Below are positions 12,739-24,920 of a DNA stretch of 64,000 bases, piece after piece; the first letter of the stretch is position 1, and every line of letters starts with the position of its first letter. The stretch lies in the NCBI RefSeq assembly GCF_026571515.1, contig NW_026852337.1, forward strand, positions 1-64,000. The letters run 5' to 3'. The position numbers and the translations under genes are program-made. Source of the DNA: Ruditapes philippinarum (lineage: Eukaryota). The notes under the pieces were generated by a model. It was not told the origin of the DNA. It made no database searches and worked only from the letters and a program-made list of their open reading frames with translations.

Positions 12739-13632
12739 TCACTTGTTTGTGAACACAATATGTTTTTCTTTTTGAAAATAAGGTCTTTTGGCCGCGACTG
12801 CATAAGACAGTCCTGGTTTGGAATACAGCGTAGGGGTCTGGATTGTTGTTTGAGGCATAGAACTATATGGCTGTTTAGATGTAGTTGAGTATCCTTGGCT
12901 TTTGCTTAAATCCTGAGCATGTGTTTTATCCTTTTCCGGCCACGGAAGATGTAACCAATAGCGGTAGTTTAATTGCAATTGCGTAGCAAATCCCTGTGAT
13001 GCATATTTCACGTAAATGTTTCCTTCAAAAGACCACGCTTTTTCAACATTTGACTTGTCTTTTACACGACAGGATGCCAACATGTCCGCGTTCATTTTCG
13101 TCAAATCTTCGTTGACATAAATCTTTTTTGTTCTTTCAGGTGTTTTGACCTGTTGAAAAGTTCGACTTTTGTTTGGCGTCTTACAAATTTAACTATAATT
13201 GTCCTATGCTTGCCGACTTTGTATTTTCCAAGTCTGTGGCTGATGTCAATATCTGCATTCTGCAGAACAAGATCTGATTTGCTTTTTATTGTGTCTATTA
13301 ATTTTTGCAATCGTCCGTAATGCCAAAGATTCGAACACTATTTCTGCGACTGTATTGTTCGGACTCGTTTTCAAATTTTTCACAGCAAAATTCATCTTTT
13401 TTTAATTTTTTCGTATAGTGACTGATCTTTTTCTTTGAGTTCATTTATAATTAAATCTTTTGTTCTAGTTTTTCAATTGTCTGAGCTTGTGTATGGACGT
13501 CATGTTCGAGAACCTCTACTCTCTTAGTCATTGCACTAAGGAAACTTAGTAAACTGGGTAAACAGGTTGATTGTCAATATTGTCACTGGTATCTAATTCA
13601 CTAGCAGTTGAAGAGCGTTTTCTTGCTTTCAT
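12739..13632 (-). pseudogene. LINE ORF1-like protein (coiled-coil + L1-type RRM + CTD; CR1/L2-type), frameshifted, no ORF2
   Basis: EQYSRRNSVRIFGI (about 13320-13365), DIDISHRLGK...IIVKFVRR, then a frameshifted NEDLTKMN...AWSFEGNIYVK; these are characteristic ORF1 motifs. Confidence 0.85.
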
Positions 13633-14051
13633 TTGAGCTCATCATGATACATAAATAATTTCAACATAAATCTTCGATAAATATATAAATATCACACTGT
13701 TCAACAAAAGCATATTAAAGCCAATAGCAGCTCAGTCATGCGTGACCGCAAATTTTGTCAGGGATGGTAGACCCTCAGGCTATTTTGCGCTCACAAATTG
13801 CTCACAAAAAGTCTCTTCACACATTCAATTTCTAAAAGTTCAAGATAACCTCTTTATGCAACATTCAAATTCAAACTTACATATTTTAATAAAATTCCAT
13901 ATCCTTCATGAATGCAACAGTAACTCAATTATACGAATTTAACATTTAAATCGCTATAAAAATCGTGAAAGCCTTTAGCCAAAATACAACATTGTTTTGT
14001 TTACATTTAACCGGTAGTCACCACCTTTTAACCGAATAGAAAAAATATTAC

Positions 14052-14456
14052 CACACATTGATGGACAAAAGATTACTTCACATTGATGGACAAAAGATTA
14101 CCTGACATTGATGGACAAAAGATTACATCACATTGATGGACAAAAGATTACTTCACAATGATAGACAAAAGATAACCTCACAATGATAGACAAAATATAA
14201 CCCCACATCGATGGACAAAAGATTACGTCACATCGATGGACAAAAGATAAACCCTCATCGATGGACAAAAGAAAACCCAACATCGATGGACAAAAGATAA
14301 CCCCACATCGATGGACAAAAGATTACTTCACATCGATGGACAAAAGATAACCTCGCATCGATGGACAAAAGATTACTTCACATCGATGGACAAAAGATAA
14401 CCCCACATCGATGGACAAAAGATAACCTCGCATCGATGGACAAAAGATAACCTCAC
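14052..14456. repeat. 25-bp minisatellite, about 16 copies
   Basis: Head-to-tail unit cacat(c/t)gatggacaaaagat(t/a)acNN. Confidence 0.95.
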
Positions 14457-14499
14457 TTTGATTTAGTATTGATTTTATTCATGCTCTTCGTATAACTTC

Positions 14500-14832
14500 T
14501 CCGTGGTGCAGGGGTAACGCGCTAGTTTATAGTGCCAGAGGTCTGGGGTTCAAATCCCATGTAAGGCAACTATTTTTATATTTTTTTAAAAAGTTTCTTT
14601 GTTAAGGAAGTAGCCACGTTATGCTAGGATAAAGTGTGGCTGTCATAAAAATGAACATAAATGATATTTTGATGCAACTCTAGTCATGCAAAATTCCGTA
14701 TGTATCCAACTCTGGTGCCCTGCAAGAAGAATTATAGTACATAAAAGTAAACTTATACAGGAAAATAATACAGATATACAGTGCGATTTAGATTGCAAAG
14801 ATCAGAAAATACCACAGAGCTTGCAGCCCTTT
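14500..14832 (+). repeat. ~350-bp direct repeat, copy 2, with tRNA-like head
   Basis: tccgtggtgcaggggtaacgcgct...ggggttcaaatccca...tattttt; ends gatcagaaaataccacagagcttgcagccctt as copy 1 does. Confidence 0.8.
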
Positions 14833-14869
14833 GATTTTATATTTTAAGGGCTGCATTTCTTCAACGTAT

Positions 14870-15345
14870 CTTCCCTTGTTGATCTTTCCTTTCTTTCTCA
14901 TTTTCACCTTAGGACTATTTTACAGCAAATTACTACTCGAAATATTCTCATGGTTAACAATTCGTCTGCATTCACCAATATATGCGTATTGATTAAAGAT
15001 GTATTCATCCTCAGTCTACCTTACATTATTATGACAAGCTCATTAGACAAACTCTTATATAAAGAGTTCAATAATTGCAAACCACATTATGTCACCTATT
15101 CGTAAAGTATGTAATTAACAAAATCTTATTGGAAGTTGCTGTTTAATTTAGGTTTAAGCATGTAAGCACTTGATAACATTGAAAAAAAAGACCGATAGCT
15201 ATTATCTAATGAGAATTCTTTGAAGAGACAAAATTGCTAAGTTTTTACTTCAGAGCGTTCTTTTTATGCTTATTTGCTGTGCGTGCAAAGTAAGCTGTAC
15301 AGGAAATATGCGCTATGAATTACATACCGGACAAGATATAAAGTG
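14870..15345 (-). pseudogene. LRR gene relic, paralog of 600-1100
   Basis: Colinear, high similarity to 600-1060. Confidence 0.55.
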
Positions 15346-16284
15346 CTTCTTAAAAAAATATTCGTACCGTTTTAATTTTTTAACATAATTATATTAATTC
15401 TTAACTTATATATGAAACAATTGATTGAGATTAATTATTTTTTATAATCATTATTGTTATACATGCAAGCACGTGATAGAGGCGATAGCAATCTTAATTT
15501 TTCAGTACATATCACATCATATTCACCAGCTAAAAAGTCCGTATCTGTTTTATTTTATAATTTATAAATAACTTTTATATGGCTTATTATATCTGCCATT
15601 GCCTACGACAAAAACCGAAATTTTTTCAGCTTGTCTACTTTTTCTTTCATATGAACGCATTAGCACACTTATTCTTAGTGTTCTTAAAAATGTTAAGAAA
15701 TAAAAATAGACTAATTTGACTCTTATTTAAAAGTCATCAAACGTTTGTTGTTTTTGTTTTATTAGAATAATATATAACATCAAACTTGGCGTGACGTCAC
15801 GTCATAGTCTCGCGTCTTTTGGGGGATTTCCAGAAAATCTTTTTTAGAAGAAAAAACAGTGAATATACTCTGAATATATATTTTTAGGGAAACAAAACCG
15901 TGAAATTACTCTGATATTGACCTGTTATTTTTTACAAAAAGACGCGTGTAAGCCAATAAGAGAAAGGCATTTCAAACCTTTTTATAGATTATATTATAAT
16001 ATAAATTATATACTAGACAATTGTGAGGTATCTTAATTATGCTAAATTAACTTGTTTGTATGAGTACATATTTTATTCTTGAAGCAAATACGATTAGTGA
16101 TTAAAAAATAATAATAAAACAACATCAACAACAACAGCAATATTATACATGTATTAACTTTAAATTAACCACGATAATTCTTAATTATATATCAGTCACC
16201 CTATTTTTACATATAATGGTTATATTAAACTAGAATTTCCACTTGTCTAAAAATATAAAGCAGATGCATATTGGAAAATGATTA

Positions 16285-17150
16285 TGATAAAGATGTGCTT
16301 AAAATGTAAACTGTCTGTGTGTAGATGAAAGAAGAAAAATAAATAGACCTAAAGGTATGTGCATGCTATCATTTATCATCATTCATTGTGTAAATCACAA
16401 CCGATGCACAGATTAAAGATTACAGTTTTTCTTACGAGTAAAGCCGAATCAAGTTTTGTTTACATGTATCATTTTTCTCCAGAATTGTTTTCATTTGGAT
16501 ACATCAATAACGTAAATACAATTTATAGCAAATAATGATGATGATGATGATGATGATGATTAGAATAATGTATCTTTACTTAATTCATTTAAATCCAAAA
16601 TCACGCAATATGCTTTTTATCATAATATGTTGATGCATAATGAGAAACTTTAATTATTTAGATGGGGGTTTCAGTATCAGCTGCACAATATACTACCTTT
16701 AAGGAGAGATTTATATACCTTAATACTTCATTACAAACAATTTACAATAACTTTATAAATGCGTTTAAATATATCATATAATCATATATGATGAAACAAA
16801 ATTAGAATCTCTAATTATTTAGATGGGGGTTTCATTATCAGCTGAACAATGTACCACCTTTACGTTATAGAGATAAACGAGATTTATATTGCTTTTATCA
16901 CTTCACTTGAATTACCAGAAATTCTTTAAGTGCCTTTTATCTAGTTATATGCACATAAAACATGTTTAATATGCTATAAAACAAAATACGTTCATCATGA
17001 AAGTAGTATTAAAGGTGTCAAAAATAACTTTTTGAACAAGCTTTGAAATCGCTCTGTAGCAAAAACGGCAATGATAAAACTCCTCCCATTAGCATGGGAA
17101 TAATTGCAAAATCATGCTTAAAATATGATATTATCTCGTTTGAGACTTAA
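16285..17150 (+). pseudogene. LRR gene relic, paralog of 4270-5150
   Basis: Colinear with 4270-5150; contains a (GAT)n run at about 16535-16560. Confidence 0.55.
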
Positions 17151-17378
17151 TACCGACTATTTTCGATGACTGAACTTAAAATTGTTTATACACTTTTATG
17201 TATTTTGATCGACTTTTTACCACTTTTTATGCAAATTATCATACATTAATTAAGATAAGGATACACTTTTTTGCACCAGAACGAGAATAAATAAATTATC
17301 ATGTCATTGAAGATTGACAAGAAATAAGATATTTGAAAATTCTGATTTTTGGATTTTTGATAAATATCTGTGAATCTT

Positions 17379-17537
17379 TGTAGCTACCTTTCCCTTTATC
17401 CATTGAATATTATGAGTAAAATGTCTGCAGTAAAATTTCAGTATATTTTCTTTCAAATATTTAGGTAGTGTATTGAAGCGTACATAAAACTTTACATATA
17501 GAGTAATCATATCATTTACAGTTTTTAACAACAACAT

Positions 17538-17568
<31 letters not shown>

Positions 17569-20500
17569 CAAAACAACAAACAATGAATTCTTAGCTTGAT
17601 AACCTTGAAGGAAGTTCAACTTGCAGTTCCTGCATGCATTTTTTCGAAGTAAACAATCAGGTCAACGTAAAATTAACAAAAGACAAAAGTCTATAGTAAG
17701 GACAATCACCAAATATATATTCGAACCAATTATGTCACAATTAAGGTATAAAACATATAAGATATTCATTTAGACAGCAATTCAGGAAACAGTTAAAATT
17801 TTACTATTTAAAAATGTAAAGAGAGCTAGGAATAATTGGAGAATATGTTGAATTAAATTGTTTCAATTATAGTCCATCCAGTTAAATATCTGATTCATCG
17901 GATTCTGGAAACGCAATAAATTACATATTAAATACTGACGTTACAAGAATACACATAGAAAATAAAAAAAGCAAATTCAATGTCATTTTAACTGATATAT
18001 TTTGATATTTTTCATAGGTACTTTTCTAAAGTTGATAAATCTACCTCAGTCTCAGCATAACAACATATCCATCTAAAATGGCATACGTCTACTAAATTAT
18101 TGTCACGAATAGGAGACTGAGAAAGTAGCAAACTATTTCTAATTGTTAGTTTTGTCACGAATGCTATATGAACATTTGTCTGTTGCAGATGAAATTGTCA
18201 TTTCTGATAAGTTAGAAAATGGAAATTACAGAGGTGACTGTCTATGAAGATATTTATGATTACTGCCTTTTCACAAAAATATAAGTTTATCTGCTTTGTC
18301 TACAGTTTTTACATTATCATCATTCTTTCAGAGTTATACAGTTAAACAAGCAAAATATTTCATAGAGATATTTTGGCATTATTTTTTTCAAAATTTAAAC
18401 AATAATTGTGTGAACAGAGATACACTTTTTACACTTTAACTGTAAAAAACGTTTAAATTGAATTATTGTTCTTTAATTAAACGATACATTGTAAATGAAT
18501 CATTTAATTATATTGTTTAATGCAAGCGTTTATATCACATACATAATTGTACAAAATAAAATACGTGCGTTAATTAATAACCTTTTCACCTTCAAGTTCG
18601 ACAAAATTGATAATTATATTATATTGGTTATATTTAATCGTTTAGTGGTCTAAATATTCAAAGAAATACATATAATGAATGTATTATAAAACATTAATCT
18701 AATATGAAATATCACCAAACTACATCAATTTCACTAGAAAAATAATTATATTAAGATCAATAAATCTAATATTAAAATAAACAAATGTTTTGATATTTAG
18801 ATTACGCTTAATTAATTGTTCTTTACTTGCAAAAAATATTGTTTGTTTGTTGTTTTAAGCTTGTTTTTAGTCGCACCGAAACAGAAAAGGTCATATGATA
18901 AATTTCAGCTTCACTGGTGGAGAAAAAAATATATTAGTTACATCTGGGTTTATATTAGTTATAAGCATGCTTATAACATATTAACATTTAAAATTGAAGT
19001 CATTTGCCCTTACCGAATGAAAGATTATTTAAATACGGAAGGTGCTTAGTGATAAGTTCTTTTTATGCTTCTTTATCAAACACGATGAGTGGGTTATACC
19101 GGAATTATGCGTCAAAGAATAGATGTCGTACCAGATGCATGGCTTCTTCAAACATTGTTTTTTTACTTAATTCGAAATGACTTTTGTTGTTTGCTTTAGG
19201 CAATCTAAAAATGAAGCAATACAAATTGAAGCAAGTAATGTTTAATACGTTTATTACTGGTACTAGACAGAAATTAAACAAAACAAAATAAAATTTCTTC
19301 AATCATTTTGACATTGTGTTCAAAGCTTGTGATAATTATCTTAAGTTTTGTTGTAAATCTAGGTAATAAAACTTTGCTGGATAATAGAAACATAATACTT
19401 ATATGAATAATAAAAATATCCTGAATCAGATAATTTTTATGATATTTAAACGAAAATAATTATTTTTTCTAATTTAATTTAAATGAACTCGGTTATCTTT
19501 TCTAGGTGCTTTTTCAGTTGTCCTGTACCATGTTGTCAAATCAATTTAATTTTTTTATCATTGATTTACTTTTAGTGTAAACTTTAACGCAGGATCTTAA
19601 AGGAAGGTTACACATATTTTGAAACATTTAATTGCCATATTAAAGCTCAGAACCATATTTTTACACATGCCTCATTCATTAGGGAGTGTTTAGAATGAGA
19701 TATAGTTCTAAGAATGAATTTAAAAAGAAAAAAAATCAATGGAACTTTCTTTTACGTTTCCTATGTCCTTATTTTTCTTTTATTTTATATAACTTCAACA
19801 TACGGACTCAAGTTGATGTTTCTGTTTTGTAATTCTTGATAATGTATAAAAAGTTTGACATTTTGTGATTGATTGAACGTATTGATATGAAATAATGAAA
19901 AATGTTGAGAGGAAAAATAACAGAAATTCCCTTGACAGTCTGACTGCGACCTTTGAGCGTTAAACAGACATTTGTTAACATATAATTCGACCATAACTCC
20001 CAAATTACTTTATTTTCGATTAAATATCAACACTTAATGACGTGATTAACGACTCCATTTTGTATTTAGGGAAATAGTTTCGTACAAAATAACAGTAAAT
20101 TTAAATTGCTGTCGGGCTTTTTCGAGGTTTTGCTTGTCACACAATTTCTTTCCCGGAATGAATCGAATCTTAGTAGTATATAATTAATTTATTTAATGCA
20201 AAATACTACACGAAGCATGTTTTATATAATAAGCTTATTTGTGAATTTAGGTTCTGGATTTGTTTGAAAACTTTAGGTAAAACCGAAAAAAACAAAACAT
20301 TTGCGACTAAGTAACTTGTAAAGTTCAAAAATATCGCAGAAGATAATTGAACATTTGTAGTTAAAATATAATTAGCATTTATTAGCTATTTTCTTAGCTC
20401 TACGTCTCAAAATTACTATGCTGGTAGAATGAACATCTTCTTGGGATTAAACATTGTAGAATTGAATAAAATGAAGGTTTGAATCAAACTGTGCAGGCAA

Positions 20501-21170
20501 ATGTTCTGATATTTTCCTTTTTCTATTTTTTTCTGGAACTAATATAAAGAGACAAATGTGATCAGAAGCATTGATCACAACAAAATAACATGAAAATTGC
20601 AGATTCAGAAAAATTGTAACCCCCCTCATGTCCCTGAGCGGTATTTAATTTTCAACACTGAAAGTGCTTGAATTTTAAAGCCAAAATCAAATATGCTTTA
20701 ATTATACTGATGTTGATAAACACAGAAGTTCTTGGTACATTTTGTTAAGTTACATGTATTATTAAACATGTTTTATATGCTCTTAACAAACTGCTTTTTT
20801 ACATTGAAATGCTGTTAAAGTTTTCAAAATAATTTTTGAATAAGCATGAATTGTTTCTTTTTTCTGCTTAAAAAAGGTAATAAGGTTACTGTGTCTAAAG
20901 GCTAGATATCAATTCGGTTATTACATGTATACACAGTTAAATTGTCATCTGTAAAATAAAATCGCCTAATTATCGAAATCAAAGCCACTTTGTTACGTTA
21001 TTGCGTAGTTTGAACAAATATTTAGTTTCATAATAATATACATGCAGAATATAATAAATTGAACAAATTAGATTTTTATTATTGATATTTTAAAACATTA
21101 TCGAACACATTAATCTCTTCTTTACAGACGAATCATTCTCTTTTTTAAGACCTATTTGGGTATATTTCTT
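17379..21170 (+). repeat. 3.8-kb tandem duplication, copy 1 (contains LRR relics)
   Basis: Colinear with 21171-24920. Plus frames give SLITLKEVQL, SGNAINYI, GTFLKLINL..HNNISI (18017-18073), NSLDSLTATFER*TDI and CLSHN. Confidence 0.9.
18838..18922 (-). mobile_element. SINE 3' tail remnant (also at about 22577-22660 and 27300-27365)
   Basis: Reverse complement of ctccaccag...atatgacct...gtcggtgcgac...aaacaaac, the tail of the 52.5-kb SINE. Confidence 0.7.
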
Positions 21171-24100
21171 TGTAGCTACCTTTCCCTTTATCCATTGAAT
21201 ATTATGAGTAAAATGTCTGCAGTAAAATTTCAGTATATTTTCTTTCAAATATTTAGGTAGTGTATTGAAGCGTACATAAAACTTTACATATAGAGTAATC
21301 ATATCATTTACAGTTTTTAACAACAACATCCCCCCCCCCCCCAAAAAAAAAACAAAACAAACAAAACAACAAACAATGAATTCTTAGCTTGATAACCTTG
21401 AAGGAAGTTCAACTTGCAGTTCCTGCATGCATTTTTTCGAAGTAAACAATCAGGTCAACGTAAAATTAACAAAAGACAAAAGTCTATAGTAAGGACAATC
21501 ACCAAATATATATTCGAACCAATTATGTCACAATTAAGGTATAAAACATATAAGATATTCATTTAGACAGCAATTCAGGAAGCAGTTTAAATTTTACTAT
21601 TTAAAAATGTAAAGAGAGCTAGGAATAATTGGAGAATATCTTGCATTAAATTGTTTCAATTATAGTCCATCCAGTAAAATATCTGATTCATTGGATTCTG
21701 GAAACGCAATAAATTACACATTAAATACTGACGTTACAAGGATACACATAGAAAATAACAAAAGCAATTTCAATGTCATTTTAACTGATATATTTTGATA
21801 CTTTTCATAGGTACTTTTCTAGGTACCATCTAAAATTGCATACGTCTACGAATAGGAGAAAGTAGCAAAATATTTCTAATTGTTAGTTTTGTCACGAATG
21901 CTATATGAACATTTGTCTGTTGCAGATGAAATTGTCATTTCTGATAAGTTAGAAAATGGAAATTACAGAGGTGACTGTCTATGAAGATATTTATGATTAC
22001 TGCCTTTTCACAAAAATATAAGTTTATCTGCTTTGTCTACAGTTTTTACATTATCATCATTCTTTCAGAGTTATACAGTTAAACAAGCAAAATATTTCAT
22101 AGAGATATTTTGGCATTATTTTTTTCAAAATTTAAACAATAATTGTGTGAACAGAGATACACTTTTTTACACTTTAACTGTAAAAAACGTTTAAATTGAA
22201 TTATTGTTCTTTAATTAAACGATACATTGTAAATGAATCATTTAATTATATTGTTTAATGCAAGCGTTTATATCACATACATAATTGTACAAAATAAATA
22301 CGTGCGTTAATTAATAACCTTTTCACCTTCAAGTTCGACAAAATTGATAAATTATATTATATTGGTTATATTTAATCGTTTAGTGGTCTAAATATTCAAA
22401 GAAATACATATAATGAATGTATTATAAAACATTAATCTAATATGAAATATCACCAAACTACATCAATTTCACTAGAAAAATAATTATATTAAGATCAATA
22501 AATCTAATATTAAAATAAACAAATGTTTTGATATTTAGATTACGCTTAATTAATTGTTCTTTACTCGCAAAAAATATTGTTTGTTTGTTGTTTTAAGTTT
22601 GTTTTTAGTCGCACCGAAACAGAAAAGGACATAATGATAAATTTCAGCTTCACTGGTGGAGAAAAAAATATATTGGTTACATCTGGTTTAATATTAGATA
22701 TAAGCATGCTTATAACATATTAACATTTAAAGGTGAAGTCATTTGCCCTAACCGAATGAAAGATTATTTAAATACGGAAGGTGCTTAGTGATTAGTTCTT
22801 TTTATGCTTCTTTATCAAACACGATGAGTGGGCTATACCGGAATTATGCGTCAAAGAATAGATATCGTACCAGATGCATGGCTTCTTCAAACATTGTTGT
22901 TTTTTTTTTACTTAATTCGAAATGACTTTTGTTGTTTGCTGTAGGCAAATAAAAAATGAAGCAATAAAACTGGAAGCAAGTAATGTAAAATACGTTAATT
23001 ACTAGTACTAGACAGAAATTAAACGAAACAAAATCAAATTTTTTCAATCATTTTGACATTGTGTTCAAAGCTTGTGATAATTATCTTAAGTTTTGTTGTA
23101 AATCTAGGTAATAAAACTTTGCTGGATAATAAAAGCATAATAATAATATTTATAATAAAATTATCCTGAATCAGATAATTTTTATAACATTTAAACGAAA
23201 ATATTTTTTTTTAATTAAATGAACTCGGTTATCTTTTCTAGGTGCATTGTCAGTTGTCCTGTACCATGTTGTCACATCAATTTAATGTTTTTATCATTGA
23301 TTTACTTTAAGTGTAAACTTTAACGCAGGATCTTAAAGGAAGGTTACACATATTTTGAAACATTTAATTGCCATATCAAAGCTTAGAACCATATTTTTAC
23401 ACATGCTTAAAGTTCATTAGGGAGTGATTAGAATGAGATTTAGTTCTAAGAATGAAATTAAAAGAAAAAAAAAATCAATGGAACTTTCTTTTACGTTTCC
23501 TATGTCCTTATTTTTCTTTTACTTTATATAACTTCAACACACGGACTCAAGTTGATGTTTCTGTTTTGTAATTCTTGATAATGTATCAAAAATTTGACAT
23601 TTTGTTCTTGATTGAACGTATTGATATGAAATGATGAAAAATGTTGAGGGCAAAAGATAACAGAAATTCCCTTGATAGTCTGACTGCGACCTATTGAGCG
23701 TTTAACAGACATTTGTTAACATATAATTCGACCATAACTCCCAAATTACTTTATTTTCGATTAAATATCAACACTTAATGACGTGATTAACGACTCCATT
23801 TTGTATTTAGGGAAATAGTTTCATACAAAATAACAGTAAATATAAATTGCTGTCGGGCTTTTTTCGAGGTTTTGCTTGTCACACAATTTCTTTCCCGGAA
23901 TGAATCGAATCTTAGTAGTATATAATAAATTTCTTTAATGCAAAATACTACACGAAGCATGTTTTATATAATAAGCTTATTTGTGAATTTAGGTTCTGGA
24001 TTTGTTTGGAAACTTAGATAAACCGAAAAAAAACAACATTTGCGACTAAGTAACTTGATAAGTTCAAAAATATCGCAGAAGATAATTGAACGTTTGTAGT

Positions 24101-24920
24101 TAAAAATAATTAACATATTAAGCTATTTTCTTAGCTGACGCCTCAAAATGACTATGCTGGTACAATGCAAATCTTCTTGGGAGATTGAACATTGTAGAAT
24201 TAAATAAAATGAAGGTGTGAATCAAACTGTACAGGAAAATATTTTGATATTTTCCTTTTTCTATTTTTTTTCTGGAAATAATATAAAGAGAAAAATGTGA
24301 TCGATCAGAAGCATTCATCACAACAAAATAACATGAAAATTGCAGATTTAGTCTGTACATTAGGTATAATAAAAAATTGTAATCTCCCTCTTGTCCCTGT
24401 GCGGTACTTAATTTTCAACACTTAAGGTGCGTGAATTTTAAAGCCAAAATCAAATATGCTTTAATCATACTGATGCTGATAAACACAGAAGTTCTTGGTT
24501 TATTTTGTCAAGTTACATGTACATTAAACATGTTTTATATGCTCTTAACAAACTGCTTTCAACATTGAAATGCTGTTAAAGTTGTCAAAATAAACTTTTG
24601 AATAAGCATGAATTGTTTTTCTGTTTAAAAGAGGTTATACGGTTACTGTGTCTAGAGGCTAGGTATCAATTCGGTTATTATACACAATTAAATTGTCATA
24701 TGTAAAATAAAATCGCCTAATTACCGAAATCAAAGCCAATTTGTTACAATATTATGTAGTTTTAACAAATATTTAGTATCATTATAATATACATGCATAA
24801 TATTATAAACTGAACAAATTAGATTTTTATTATTGATATTTTAAAACATTATCGAACACATTAGTTTCTTTAATATAGACGAATAATTCTCTTTTTAGGA
24901 CCTATTTGGGTATATTTCTT
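21171..24920 (+). repeat. 3.8-kb tandem duplication, copy 2
   Basis: Starts tgtagctacctttccc and ends cctatttgggtatatttctt, as copy 1 does. Confidence 0.9.

Larger units (their letters stand above)
11045..14832 (-). mobile_element. Composite Helentron-like element with duplicated end module and captured cargo
   Basis: GATCAGAAAATA at about 11917 and 14800 is inverted against TATTTTCTGATC at 11091; small hairpin at about 11058-11075. Flanks 10660-11045 and 14870 onward are paralogous to 10-150 and 600 onward, so this is an insertion. Confidence 0.55.

Noticed and set aside
14052-14456. CRISPR-like array
   Set aside because: Units are head-to-tail with only a few variable bases and no unique spacers; no cas genes; eukaryotic context.
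19055-19120. TIR-domain start (HDEWVIPEL)
   Set aside because: Not conserved in the paralogs at 27.5 and 32.2 kb, and no downstream RDFxPG or SxWC motifs follow.
20128-20175. TIR BB-loop-like FCLSHNFFPG
   Set aside because: Paralogs read CLSYN(F)KI, which is an LRR LxxN motif.
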